From assembly GCA_963675665.1 (NCBI GenBank), contig OY776510.1, positions 256,001 through 320,000 of the forward strand: a DNA stretch of 64,000 nucleotides, given 5' to 3'. Positions 46,198 through 55,777 of this stretch are shown here, one piece after another. Both the position numbers and the translations under genes were made by a program. Origin of the DNA: Spirochaetia bacterium. GTDB lineage: Bacteria > Spirochaetota > Spirochaetia > UBA9216. Numbering within the stretch: position 1 is the stretch's first letter; each line of letters begins with the position of its first letter. The notes beneath the pieces were generated by a model. The model searched no databases, had not been told where the DNA came from, and was given only the letters and a program-made list of their open reading frames with translations.

Positions 46198-47174
46198 GCG
46201 CGGGCCCCGGAAAAATCTTTATCATTGCTCAGCCGGTTCTGAAAATACTCGACGCTGCCGCTGGCCGTTCGCCGGTAAACCCCGAAATCCTGGAGCTGCT
46301 CCACCTGGCTGCGCCAGAGCGCCGGGCCTTCCTTGCAGATTCGTATACCGCCCGGATCCGTCGCACAGGAACCGCAGATCCCGATCGCGCACTTCATGTA
46401 ACGCTCGAAAAGAAACTGATACTCTGTTTGCGGGCTCAGATGCGAAACAAGACTTTTCATCATTAAATCGGGGCCTGAAGCGTACAAAAAATTGCAGCCG
46501 GATCCAGAAGCTCTCGTAATATCAGCCAGCGCGTCGGCTGCGGTCCCGCAGATCCTTCCGCAGCCGTTCTCTCTTCGGCCGGCGGCATCGGCATCATCAA
46601 GCGTCTCAGCCGCGCCGGTGTAGGAAACGCTCAGGCCGGCAAACCGCTGCTCAAACAGAAGGTCCTCTTCGGTGCGGCCTGCGGCAATAACATGAATGTT
46701 TTCCACAGGCGTTCCGGCATCAAGCAGGCGCCTGCAAAGCAGGTATAGAGGCGGCAGGCCGAACCCCCCGCCGCATAAAACCGGTTTGAACTCCGGCGGC
46801 CCGATATTCAGTATTGAGCCCGGAGTTCTGGGGCCGTGTTCGTCCGTTTCCCCGGGTATAAAAAAAGAGGAACCGTAAGCGCCTCTGATGCTGACAATAT
46901 CTCCTGCCTTCATCCTGAAAAGCCGGGAGGTGAATTCGCCTATCTTTTTAACGGTTATCGAAAAAAAAGCCTTGCCGCCGTTTTCGGCACAATCGGAAAT
47001 TGAAAAGGGTTTTTCTCCTCCGTTGAAATCAGTAAGCATTATAAACTGGCCCGGAAGCACCGGAATATCAAGTTCAAAATTAAAAGTCCTGATGTTTTCC
47101 GTCTCTTCCGTTATTCCTGCAATAGGAACTGTATACCTTCTGTCTTTTATCAAATCATTCCTCCTGACGTTCAT
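46194..47174 (-). CDS. pyrK: Dihydroorotate dehydrogenase electron-transfer subunit
   Basis: PGQFIML, KPFSIS, GGGFG, ERYMKCAIGICGSC..CKEGP. Confidence 0.9.
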   Translation of the reverse strand: MNVRRNDLIKDRRYTVPIAGITEETENIRTFNFELDIPVLPGQFIMLTDFNGGEKPFSISDCAENGGKAFFSITVKKIGEFTSRLFRMKAGDIVSIRGAYGSSFFIPGETDEHGPRTPGSILNIGPPEFKPVLCGGGFGLPPLYLLCRRLLDAGTPVENIHVIAAGRTEEDLLFEQRFAGLSVSYTGAAETLDDADAAGRRENGCGRICGTAADALADITRASGSGCNFLYASGPDLMMKSLVSHLSPQTEYQFLFERYMKCAIGICGSCATDPGGIRICKEGPALWRSQVEQLQDFGVYRRTASGSVEYFQNRLSNDKDFSGARA

Positions 47175-47189
47175 TCAACGTTATAATCC

Positions 47190-47224
47190 AAAAAAAAGCC
47201 GGACCATTAAACAATGATCCGGCT
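47190..47224 (-). terminator. Intercistronic intrinsic terminator between pyrD and pyrK
   Basis: AGCCGGATCATT-GTTT-AATGGTCCGGCT followed by T7; stem starts inside the pyrD stop codon. Confidence 0.75.
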
Positions 47225-48164
47225 AAATAATCCGACTGATATCACTAACGGACTCCAGTCCCTTCCGTTTCAGAAAGGAAAGCAATTCCTCATTAATGAG
47301 GCTGAAAACCTCAGGACCCCGGTAATAAACCGCCGTGCCCACGCCGACAAGATCGGCGCCGGCCATAAACATCTGCACGGCGTCTTCACCGGTTGAAATC
47401 CCGCCCGTCCCAATGATGGGGACTCTGATCCCGGCCTTCCGGCATTCGTAAACAAGACGAAGGGTCACAGGTTTGATGCATGGCCCCGACATTCCCCCGC
47501 TGATATTTGAAAGCACCGGCCGCCCTGTTTCTATATCGATCTCCATTCCCGGGCCGAGGGTGTTTATCATGCAGAGCGCGTCTGCTCCCGCTTCAACCGC
47601 CGCAGCGGCAATACCTGTAAAACCCGTTACGTTCGGCGAAAGCTTTGCGATAACCGGTTTGGTGCTGACTGATTTCACCGCTGTAATGATATCTCCAACG
47701 GTTTTACCGGAAGCGGCGAGGGGCACTCCGAATTCATCCATGACATTCGGGCACGAAAGATTCAGTTCCAGAAAATCAGCTGATGATGAATTGACCCTTT
47801 CGGCAAGAACCCTGAACCCGCTGACATCGGTTGCGAAAATACTGACATTTACAGGGCACGCAACATGTTTTCCGGCATCTTGATCTGCAGCTTCTTTCAG
47901 CCGTTTCAGCTCTTCAAGACCCGCATCGATTCCGGGATTACACAACCCCATTGCGTTCAGCATGCCGCCTTCAATTTCTGCGACAACAGGGCCCTCATGG
48001 CCTTTGCGGGGTTCGATTGTCAGTGATTTTGATGTAACAAGACCGGCACCCAGGGCGGATACCTGTTTCATACTTGAAAACGAAATATCAAGGACACCTG
48101 CCGGCAAAACCAGCGGTGAACTCAGCTTTACACCAAGAAAATCTGTCCTTAACTCTCGCTTCAT
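47223..48164 (-). CDS. pyrD: Dihydroorotate dehydrogenase family 1B catalytic subunit
   Basis: KS.T, NAMGL.NPG, ELNLSCPN, KLSPN, INT, GGMSG, GTGGI; ATG 48164 with AAAGG SD. Confidence 0.93.
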   Translation of the reverse strand: MKRELRTDFLGVKLSSPLVLPAGVLDISFSSMKQVSALGAGLVTSKSLTIEPRKGHEGPVVAEIEGGMLNAMGLCNPGIDAGLEELKRLKEAADQDAGKHVACPVNVSIFATDVSGFRVLAERVNSSSADFLELNLSCPNVMDEFGVPLAASGKTVGDIITAVKSVSTKPVIAKLSPNVTGFTGIAAAAVEAGADALCMINTLGPGMEIDIETGRPVLSNISGGMSGPCIKPVTLRLVYECRKAGIRVPIIGTGGISTGEDAVQMFMAGADLVGVGTAVYYRGPEVFSLINEELLSFLKRKGLESVSDISRII

Positions 48165-48224
48165 AACCTTTCGTTCAGCGAAAGATGAACATTCCCATGT
48201 CACCTTCCACTTGGGATTTTTGCG

Positions 48225-48254
48225 AGCATACACCGCCGGGCCTTTATCTGTCAA
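48225..48254 (-). promoter_or_regulatory. sigma70 promoter of the pyr cluster
   Basis: TTGACA-18-TATGCT. Confidence 0.6.
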
Positions 48255-48351
48255 TGGCCGGAAAGGTATTTTCAGGAAGGTTTTCAAGTGTTAGGGTAAA
48301 CAAAATAAAAAGATTGAATAATTAAATATGAGCTTATATAGTAAATAAAAA

Positions 48352-49215
48352 ATGTTTGAATTCAGGAAACTGAAACTTATTTTGCTATTATCAACTACTT
48401 TGTTTATATTCGGCTGCGGAGACCCAGATTACGGTTCAGGCGACGACAACTCCGTATCCGCTCCGGTAATCACGGACTTCAGCCTTCCGGACGGAAACCT
48501 CACAGATTCGGGCACAGTTACCGTCAGCATTACCGACGACGGCACAGCAACAGCATGGATGATAACCGAATCGGAGAACGCTCCCGAGGCCGCTTCTTCC
48601 GATTGGCTGTCAACAAAGCCTTCAACTCACACGATATCTTCCTTCGGCGCATATAATCTCTATGCCTGGGCGAAGAATTCAACGGGTACCGTAAGCAGCG
48701 GAAAAGGCCCGCTTTTAGCCGAATATGTTAACGGTCCGGAAGCGGGAAACATTATTATAACGGAAATAATGGCAAATCCGGACACTCTGTATGACGACGT
48801 CGGCGAATGGTTCGAGATCTTCAACACATCCGGAGAAACATTTAATCTTAAAGGATGTATTTTCAACGATTCCGGCACCGATTCATTCACAATCTCGGCA
48901 GATTTCGAAATATCTCCGGCATATTTTGCTACGCTGGCAATATCCGGCGAACCGGGTTTTACGGCGGATTACATCTTCCAGAACTTCAGCCTTGCCAACT
49001 CGGGCGACGGAATAACGCTCACTTCATTAAGCGGTGTTGTAATCGATTCCGTAAGCTACGAAGGCTCTGTTGCCGGGGTCTCAACGCAGCTGCTGCCGTC
49101 CTGTTTTAATTCGGTCGACAATGATGAGGCGGAAAACTGGTCGGCGTCCACTTCTTCATACAACGGCGATTACGGCACCCCAGGGGCCGCCAACGAAGCT
49201 GCAGCTATGCCGTAA
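48352..49215 (+). CDS. Lipoprotein with Ig-like and lamin-tail (LTD) domains
   Basis: Lipobox IFGC; IIITEIMANP, GEWFEIFN, LANSGD, GTPGAAN. Confidence 0.8.
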   Translation: MFEFRKLKLILLLSTTLFIFGCGDPDYGSGDDNSVSAPVITDFSLPDGNLTDSGTVTVSITDDGTATAWMITESENAPEAASSDWLSTKPSTHTISSFGAYNLYAWAKNSTGTVSSGKGPLLAEYVNGPEAGNIIITEIMANPDTLYDDVGEWFEIFNTSGETFNLKGCIFNDSGTDSFTISADFEISPAYFATLAISGEPGFTADYIFQNFSLANSGDGITLTSLSGVVIDSVSYEGSVAGVSTQLLPSCFNSVDNDEAENWSASTSSYNGDYGTPGAANEAAAMP

Positions 49216-49224
49216 AGCTGTTGT

Positions 49225-52140
49225 TTATTCTTCGTACTCTATATCAACAATCTCAAGGCCGTCCGAATCGGCAGCTATAAGGAGAGTTTCACCGTCGGTA
49301 CAGATTTTGTTGTTGTCGTTCTCTCCCTGCGTTTCATAGGTGCCGACCAGATGCGGAGACACAGGGTTTGCTATCCCTATAACGGCCACACCCGGATTTT
49401 TGTCGTAAGGGGAGGTGTTATCGTAATAGGATACAAACGCATATTCACCCGCTATTTCAACATCGCATGCATACAGATCTTCATAGGCCATATCACACTG
49501 ATATACTGTCGGGCTCCAGCCTGATGTTGAGGGCGATGATACATCAATGATCTTCAGCCCTTCCAAACCGTCGGCAACATAAACATAATTGTCCTGTACA
49601 TCGATTGCCAGCGCTTCTCCGGCAGTGCTGTACATACCTTTGTATACGGGATTTTTCGGATCTGTTATATCGAAAACCTGAATTCCGAGCCAGGCGCTTA
49701 ACAGGTAAAGGTTATCCCCTTCAATAACGCAGTCGGTTATATTTCCGGCAGTATTAGTCGTTTCCCTGTAAAACGGCCAGCCCGTTTCAGAGGGGTCGGA
49801 CACATCTATAACCGTAAAGCCCGAGCCGTAATTGGATAAATATAAATAATCTCCCTTCAGGGCAAACCCCACGACCGTATCATCCAGCTCACAGCTGTAA
49901 GAATCCGGGTTCCAGCCTGACACGGGATTTGAGATGTCCACTATCTGAAGGGCCTTTGTTCCACCTGAATCACTGATTGACATATACAGCTGATCACCGT
50001 CCGCCTGCATTTCCCTTATGGTCCCTAACGGCGTGAATGTGCATATATTCAGCGGGGCAGTTGTACTGTTTATGTCAACAACAGTCAAATCTCCTCCGTA
50101 TTCAGCGGAAAAAGCCAGATCCCCGTATAGCGCAACAGAAAAAGATTCACCTGCAACAGCTTGCAGGGCTGCCTGTGTGTAGTCAAAAATACCGTCTACA
50201 TTCAGAAGCGAAAGGCTGCTGTCGGAACCCGCCACATAGGCATAGCCGCCGGACACGTCGATACCCGAGACAGAAGCTTCGGAGTAAAAATCGCCAAGGA
50301 CCGGAGAGGCCGGATCAGCAATATTAACAATACGGACCCCGCTATCCTCTTCGGTTACATAAGCGAAGTCGCCTTCCACATCTATCTCCAGGGCTTTTCT
50401 GGAAAACATGTACTGCCCTTCTGCCGAAGGAGACGACGGGTCTGAAACGTCATAGACAACAAGACTATTTCCGTCGACAACATAAGCATAATCACCCTGA
50501 ATGGCCACATCCATTGCCGGGAGACCGACTCCTGATGCCGCCGGATATACCTTGTACATATCAGATGTTCTGATAATATCCATTCCGAAATAGACACTCC
50601 ATGGATCAATATAAACCGCAAAAAGGTAGTTTCCGTCTTCGCTTACCGCCAGTTTATTATAATCGGCATCGGATCTTGTGTATGTATCCGATACGAAAGG
50701 ATTCTCCGGGTCTGTAACCGTAATCCTGTCGACACCCCCGGTGCCTGTACCTATGTCAAGGGGAAAACCCGCATACACATATTTGGTTCCGGTTGCATCC
50801 GAATACACCACTTCATTTATTCTGCCGCCGGGATCCGAGGTCGGGCAAAGTCCAAGCTCGCCATAATCTCCTTTATTATAACTGAATATCTGCATCCCGT
50901 TGTTTTTGTCGGCAACATACGCATAATAGTTTTCAACATCAACCGCCTTAACGTAACAGTCGGTCCAGGTTGTCGGTGTCAGAGGGTTCGGTAAAAGCTT
51001 ATTGGATATATTCACGCGCTGAAGACCGTCAGCTCCCTGGGCAAGGTAGGCATAGATTCCGGATACGTCGATATCCGTATTTACCCCGGCAGTAAATGCT
51101 GAAGAGCTGTGAAGGTATAAAGCATAGGGGTACCGGCAGGGCTCGGCAGAGGCTGCTTCACTGAACACACATCCTTCAATGGCCGGAACGATTTTATACC
51201 TGTACCCGGTTCCTGCAACAACATTTGAATCAATGAAACTTGTGGAAGAAATATCTCCTGATATATTAACAAAATCTTCGGACGACCCGACTGCCCTGTA
51301 AACCCGGTAATCAAGATCAGCAGACATGTTCTGCCAGCTTAAATGCAGGCTGCCGTACATACTTCGAATGTCCGGTTTTAAAGATCGTGAAGAAAGGGGA
51401 ACCGTTTTTATATAGCCGGAACTCCAGGTTTTTCCGGATGAAGAGACGGCATTAATTATAAAGGTATAGATTTTTCCGTTCTCAAGGTTTTCCAGCGCCA
51501 GCGGAGAAGCCGAAGTGTAAGCGGACTGAATATTCGCAAGCTGAGTTCCATATTGAAGCGACGGGTAATTTCCATTATCAGTATAATAAATATTATAACT
51601 TTCGGCGCCTTCAACAGGCTCCCAGCTTAAGGATACGCATTTGTTTCCGGGAACAGCTTTAAAAGACGACATTGCACTGCCGGAATATATCAGTCTCAAA
51701 GTTAACGGTTCGCTTTCATTCTCATTCCAGTCGCGGGCATTTACAGTCAATAAAATATCCGTAGCATAATCTGTTGTTGAAAAAGTGAAAGAAAAAGTCC
51801 CGCCGATCCCTGTTTCAACCGCTTGCCCGGCAACTTCAATATCACCGGTTTCCGAGCGGCTTCCAAGCGCATCAGTCAGTGTATATGTTAACACCGGCAT
51901 AACCGAACCGTCGTCCGAAACATTACCTGTAACCGTTACGCTCTGCCCGAAAACCGAATCGGATACCGGGGAGTCTATCTCTATTATCGGAGCTGTTCTA
52001 TCTTTTGCATTCTGGATAACCGTCGAATCGAAGGGTGCAAGGGGCGACCCGCATGCATAAATAAACAACATTCCAATAATGGCCGGAACCAATAAAATTA
52101 CAATCTTTTTCACAGAACTCATACTATTCCTCGTCTTCAA
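49225..52140 (-). CDS. Large lipoprotein: Ig/FN3 domains + LVIVD-repeat propellers
   Basis: Lipobox IYAC; FN3 (VSLSW..YNIY, LSW..YRVYR); many G.YAYVA..GL.I.DVS.P repeats. Confidence 0.85.
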   Translation of the reverse strand: MKTRNSMSSVKKIVILLVPAIIGMLFIYACGSPLAPFDSTVIQNAKDRTAPIIEIDSPVSDSVFGQSVTVTGNVSDDGSVMPVLTYTLTDALGSRSETGDIEVAGQAVETGIGGTFSFTFSTTDYATDILLTVNARDWNENESEPLTLRLIYSGSAMSSFKAVPGNKCVSLSWEPVEGAESYNIYYTDNGNYPSLQYGTQLANIQSAYTSASPLALENLENGKIYTFIINAVSSSGKTWSSGYIKTVPLSSRSLKPDIRSMYGSLHLSWQNMSADLDYRVYRAVGSSEDFVNISGDISSTSFIDSNVVAGTGYRYKIVPAIEGCVFSEAASAEPCRYPYALYLHSSSAFTAGVNTDIDVSGIYAYLAQGADGLQRVNISNKLLPNPLTPTTWTDCYVKAVDVENYYAYVADKNNGMQIFSYNKGDYGELGLCPTSDPGGRINEVVYSDATGTKYVYAGFPLDIGTGTGGVDRITVTDPENPFVSDTYTRSDADYNKLAVSEDGNYLFAVYIDPWSVYFGMDIIRTSDMYKVYPAASGVGLPAMDVAIQGDYAYVVDGNSLVVYDVSDPSSPSAEGQYMFSRKALEIDVEGDFAYVTEEDSGVRIVNIADPASPVLGDFYSEASVSGIDVSGGYAYVAGSDSSLSLLNVDGIFDYTQAALQAVAGESFSVALYGDLAFSAEYGGDLTVVDINSTTAPLNICTFTPLGTIREMQADGDQLYMSISDSGGTKALQIVDISNPVSGWNPDSYSCELDDTVVGFALKGDYLYLSNYGSGFTVIDVSDPSETGWPFYRETTNTAGNITDCVIEGDNLYLLSAWLGIQVFDITDPKNPVYKGMYSTAGEALAIDVQDNYVYVADGLEGLKIIDVSSPSTSGWSPTVYQCDMAYEDLYACDVEIAGEYAFVSYYDNTSPYDKNPGVAVIGIANPVSPHLVGTYETQGENDNNKICTDGETLLIAADSDGLEIVDIEYEE

Positions 52141-54295
52141 TAAATAAAAGGTTATCGGAGTATTCGGCGCTTGAAGCTTTTACTCCCTCATCAGCCCCGG
52201 CGATATATGAAAAAGCAAGGCTGTCTTCCGGAACAAGCTGTTTTGCAGTATTAAAGTTATCGCCGGCTGATGCTACGTTTCCTTCACTGTATTCAATACG
52301 CGCTGCATTCAAAAGAATTTTTCCGTATAACGGGGATTTTTCTTTACCGGTCTGCTCAAGTTTTCCCAGTATCTCGTAATAGATTTTCAGGGAATCCGAA
52401 TCCCTTCCCTTAAGGGTTTCCAGATTGGCCAGGTTGACAAGCGCGGGAATATAATCCTTGTCCTGCCGAATTGCTTTATTGAAAGCATCTTCAGCAGATT
52501 CATAATCGGCAAACCTTGAAAAGGCAATACCCAGCCTGTTGAAATCCTGTTTTTTCCCTCCCGTTTTAACCTTCTGCTGATAAAAGGCTATTGATTCGTT
52601 ACGAATTCCGGAGAGATCGGCTTTCACTTTATCGGCCAGCAATTCGCTGCTTCCGTACTGCAGGCCCAGGTCACTCTCTTTCAATCCTACAGGCCTGAAA
52701 ACCGCCTGGGCTTCATGAGTTTTTGTAAATTCCCGCTTTTCGGGCTCTTTGTCCCAGGCATGCCATTCCCCGGCTCCGCGTTTCCAGGCTTCATTGAAAT
52801 TTGATACGCCTATCAGGGTAATTTCGACCGGAACCCATAATTCACCGTCGAGATTAATTGTCAAATCCCTCGAAGGGTGAAGATCAACGTATTTTGACGA
52901 AGGCACTTTGGTGTTGAAAGCCGCGTAGATATGACCCGGAACGGTAATATACGATGTTTCAATACCGAGCGTTTCAAGAAGGCTGCAGAACAGGACAGTA
53001 AGATCATCACAGTCGCCCGTAATTCGTTTCAGGGTGTCCCTTGGAAGACTGACGGAATCAACAACATCAAGATTGTTCTGGGCCGAAGTGAACGGAGAAG
53101 ACGGATCACTTTGATACATGCATCCCAGAACCGAAAGTGCATTGAAGATATTTACAGCTTCCTGAATTTCCCTGTTGTATCCGGGGAAATTCACATTTTT
53201 AACGCTCTGCCTGATATAGCTTGTATAGTTTCTGAGGGCGCTGTCGGCGGGAGTAATAAAAGCCGCAACCTTGCGTTCATCATCCCAGGTAAGCGCGGTT
53301 TTATCATGCAGATCGAAAGAAACAGTCTGCCGCTGCTCAATGGTTCTGTTTTTATATTCATACGATGCTATAATTTCACCGGTATAAGGTGTAATACCTT
53401 CAGCCTGGAAAACATTTGAGTTAAAAGCCGCAAAAACCGGAACTTCCGCTGAATCTCCGGGCCCCAACTCTTCAATTGAAGCGCAAAAGGTCGGCGCATC
53501 CATAAGCCCGGGCTGATAGAAGGAAATTTCAATATTGCTGATTGGTGTTTTTTCCTTATTAAGGAAACTGATTTTCTCAACCGGGTTATTGATATAGTAA
53601 CTCTGCATTGCCGCAAAAACCGAAGGCATCCTGATTTCTCCAAATTTTAAACTTCGGATAAGGGAAGAAGCAGAATCAGGATCTTCGCCAAAACGGTAAT
53701 GCATCGAAAGACCTATTCCGATGGAAAACCCGTTAAAATCGTTAAATTCCACCCCGTCATCAGGCAGCGCTGATTGATATTTTATCCTTGGGTTAACTTC
53801 TATACATAAATTATATGCAGGATCCAAAGCTATGCTTCCAAAGGCCTCCGCATACAGGTACGGCATTGTATATGTAAATTCGGTGGAAAGATTTGCAAAA
53901 AACGCCTGGGAATAACCGCCCGACAAACCTGCCCCAATCTCGAAATCTTTGGAAAACCTGTTGGCCCAGGCCATGCCCAGTCCGCCGTAAAGGGTCATAA
54001 AATCCCAGGCATCGTCTGCTTCAAGGTAATTGCGTGAATCATATTTGCCCATTCCCAACTGGAGCATAGGCTGAAAAACCGGAGCAAAAGCAAGCGGTTT
54101 CCTTAATACTGCCGAGACCTCAAAAATATTAAAGTCGGAACCGTAATCCGCAAAAGGAGAAACCGCCTGGTACTCAACAGCCATCGAAAACGGAAACCGG
54201 TAATAGTCATTATAATCAGTAGTATCAGAATAAACATTAACTGATATCAGGAGCAATAATACCGGAGATATATACAGCAGGAGTTTTTTATACAT
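52124..54295 (-). CDS. Secreted protein: putative beta-barrel + transglutaminase-like core + TPR
   Basis: Signal peptide from ATG 54295; amphipathic strands ending IGLSMHYRF; GDCDD, PGH, VPVEIT; TPR C-terminus. Confidence 0.7.
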   Translation of the reverse strand: MYKKLLLYISPVLLLLISVNVYSDTTDYNDYYRFPFSMAVEYQAVSPFADYGSDFNIFEVSAVLRKPLAFAPVFQPMLQLGMGKYDSRNYLEADDAWDFMTLYGGLGMAWANRFSKDFEIGAGLSGGYSQAFFANLSTEFTYTMPYLYAEAFGSIALDPAYNLCIEVNPRIKYQSALPDDGVEFNDFNGFSIGIGLSMHYRFGEDPDSASSLIRSLKFGEIRMPSVFAAMQSYYINNPVEKISFLNKEKTPISNIEISFYQPGLMDAPTFCASIEELGPGDSAEVPVFAAFNSNVFQAEGITPYTGEIIASYEYKNRTIEQRQTVSFDLHDKTALTWDDERKVAAFITPADSALRNYTSYIRQSVKNVNFPGYNREIQEAVNIFNALSVLGCMYQSDPSSPFTSAQNNLDVVDSVSLPRDTLKRITGDCDDLTVLFCSLLETLGIETSYITVPGHIYAAFNTKVPSSKYVDLHPSRDLTINLDGELWVPVEITLIGVSNFNEAWKRGAGEWHAWDKEPEKREFTKTHEAQAVFRPVGLKESDLGLQYGSSELLADKVKADLSGIRNESIAFYQQKVKTGGKKQDFNRLGIAFSRFADYESAEDAFNKAIRQDKDYIPALVNLANLETLKGRDSDSLKIYYEILGKLEQTGKEKSPLYGKILLNAARIEYSEGNVASAGDNFNTAKQLVPEDSLAFSYIAGADEGVKASSAEYSDNLLFIEDEE

Positions 54296-54473
54296 TTTTT
54301 TTGGCCTCACTTGAGCTAATTCATTGTTTTCGTAATCAATATACCACATAATCATCTCATATTCATCAATATAATGACCAAATCAGTAATACACAGGCTG
54401 TTGGAAACTTGTTTGTTTTTTCTTCCCGGTTTTTTTCTTTACACCTTAAGCCGGCTGCGGTTAGAATAACAGA

Positions 54474-55046
54474 ATGAAAAAATACCTATTTAAAATAATT
54501 ATTTCTCTGTTGCTGATTCCTCTCTTTTCCTGTACCGGGAATGACGCAGGGCCGCAGAAGGATTCCATTGAGCTTTCCGTCAGGCAGCTTCTTGAAATGC
54601 CCTCTATTGAACAGATATACCGCGATATTGTGTATATCGGCGAAAAGGAAAAAATACTCTTTTTCACCACAACAGACAAGGAAGTGCTTTTCTCAATCGA
54701 TATAAAAATACAGGCGGGAATAAGAAACGCCGGTCTTGTCGATATTGAAATATCGGAGAACAATGAAAACGTCAGGAAAGCAGTTGTAAGCCTGCCGAAA
54801 TCGGAAATTCTTCTTGTTGACGCGGAAGAGAACAGTATTGAGCAGTATTTTATAAAGGAGCGGGGCGAGCAGATTTCGCGGCTTGAATACTATGATGAAA
54901 TAAACCGGAAAAAAACGGAGATCGAGGCCTCGGCAGTATCGGCAGGCATTCTTGAAAAGGCGGACTCCAACTGCCGGGATCTTATAAAAAGCTTTCTGTC
55001 GTTATCAGGCATTGACTCAATCGAATTCAGGGAGCTTTCGGAATGA
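54474..55046 (+). CDS. DUF4230-like lipoprotein
   Basis: Lipobox LFSC; IQAGI, VSLPKSEIL, GILEKA pattern. Confidence 0.65.
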   Translation: MKKYLFKIIISLLLIPLFSCTGNDAGPQKDSIELSVRQLLEMPSIEQIYRDIVYIGEKEKILFFTTTDKEVLFSIDIKIQAGIRNAGLVDIEISENNENVRKAVVSLPKSEILLVDAEENSIEQYFIKERGEQISRLEYYDEINRKKTEIEASAVSAGILEKADSNCRDLIKSFLSLSGIDSIEFRELSE

Positions 55047-55777
55047 AGAACAGGTTCCCTTTCAGATTATTGCTTGCGCTTCTTATTATTCTGGCTTCCG
55101 CTGCTGTCATATATATTATTCAGAGGAATTTTGATATTAAATTTACAAATCCTTTTGTCAAAAATGAAAAAACAGCTGCTTCAACTATAATTCTGAAACA
55201 GGTCAGGGACATCAGCCGTCTTAATACAATCGAGTTTATTTATAAATCGGTCTTTCCATATGACCTGATAGATCCGGACACTGATTTTCGTGCGCTCACT
55301 TCCCGTTACAGGGCCGGAGAAAAACTAAGCTTTCACGAAATTGAGATGCTTTCTGTCTTTGGCATTTCAGCTCAAGCGGGGATTGATCTGCTAAAAGCGG
55401 ATCATTCGTTTGCTATAATTACAACAAGGCTGAAGGCCGGTTATGATTTTCCCGAAACTCTTCCCGCCGATTCCGTAAAAGTTAATCCGCAGAATAACAC
55501 AATAGAAATAAAGCTTCCGCCCGTAAAAATAACCGAAGTGATAATAGAAGATGCTGACAGTTCCGATTACGATTATCCTGATCTGAAAATCAGTCCGGAA
55601 CAATGGAAAACTCTGACTTCAATACTCTCGAAGATTGTAACAGACGAGGCCGAAGAACGCGGAATACTGGCGGAGGCTGATGAGCGCGGCCGAGAGTTCT
55701 TCACCCGTATACTGCTCGGATCAGGATTCTCGGAAGTGGTTTTTTCAGATTATATCAAACCGAGCGAAGCCGAATAG
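55043..55777 (+). CDS. DUF4230-like membrane-anchored protein
   Basis: N-terminal TM; LKAGYD, IKLPPVKI, GILAEA; ATGA overlap with the previous gene. Confidence 0.65.
   Translation: MKNRFPFRLLLALLIILASAAVIYIIQRNFDIKFTNPFVKNEKTAASTIILKQVRDISRLNTIEFIYKSVFPYDLIDPDTDFRALTSRYRAGEKLSFHEIEMLSVFGISAQAGIDLLKADHSFAIITTRLKAGYDFPETLPADSVKVNPQNNTIEIKLPPVKITEVIIEDADSSDYDYPDLKISPEQWKTLTSILSKIVTDEAEERGILAEADERGREFFTRILLGSGFSEVVFSDYIKPSEAE

Noticed and set aside
48165-48287. N-terminal extensions in the ORF track (pyrD, HDOD, Fe-ADH, rsmI, patatin, 54355)
   Set aside because: They run through promoter or terminator elements or precede a signal peptide; downstream ATGs fit better.
55750-55777. Convergent 3' gene overlaps (also 1643-1672 and 60904-60923)
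   Set aside because: Short 20-30 nt overlaps are common in compact genomes; no evidence of antisense control.
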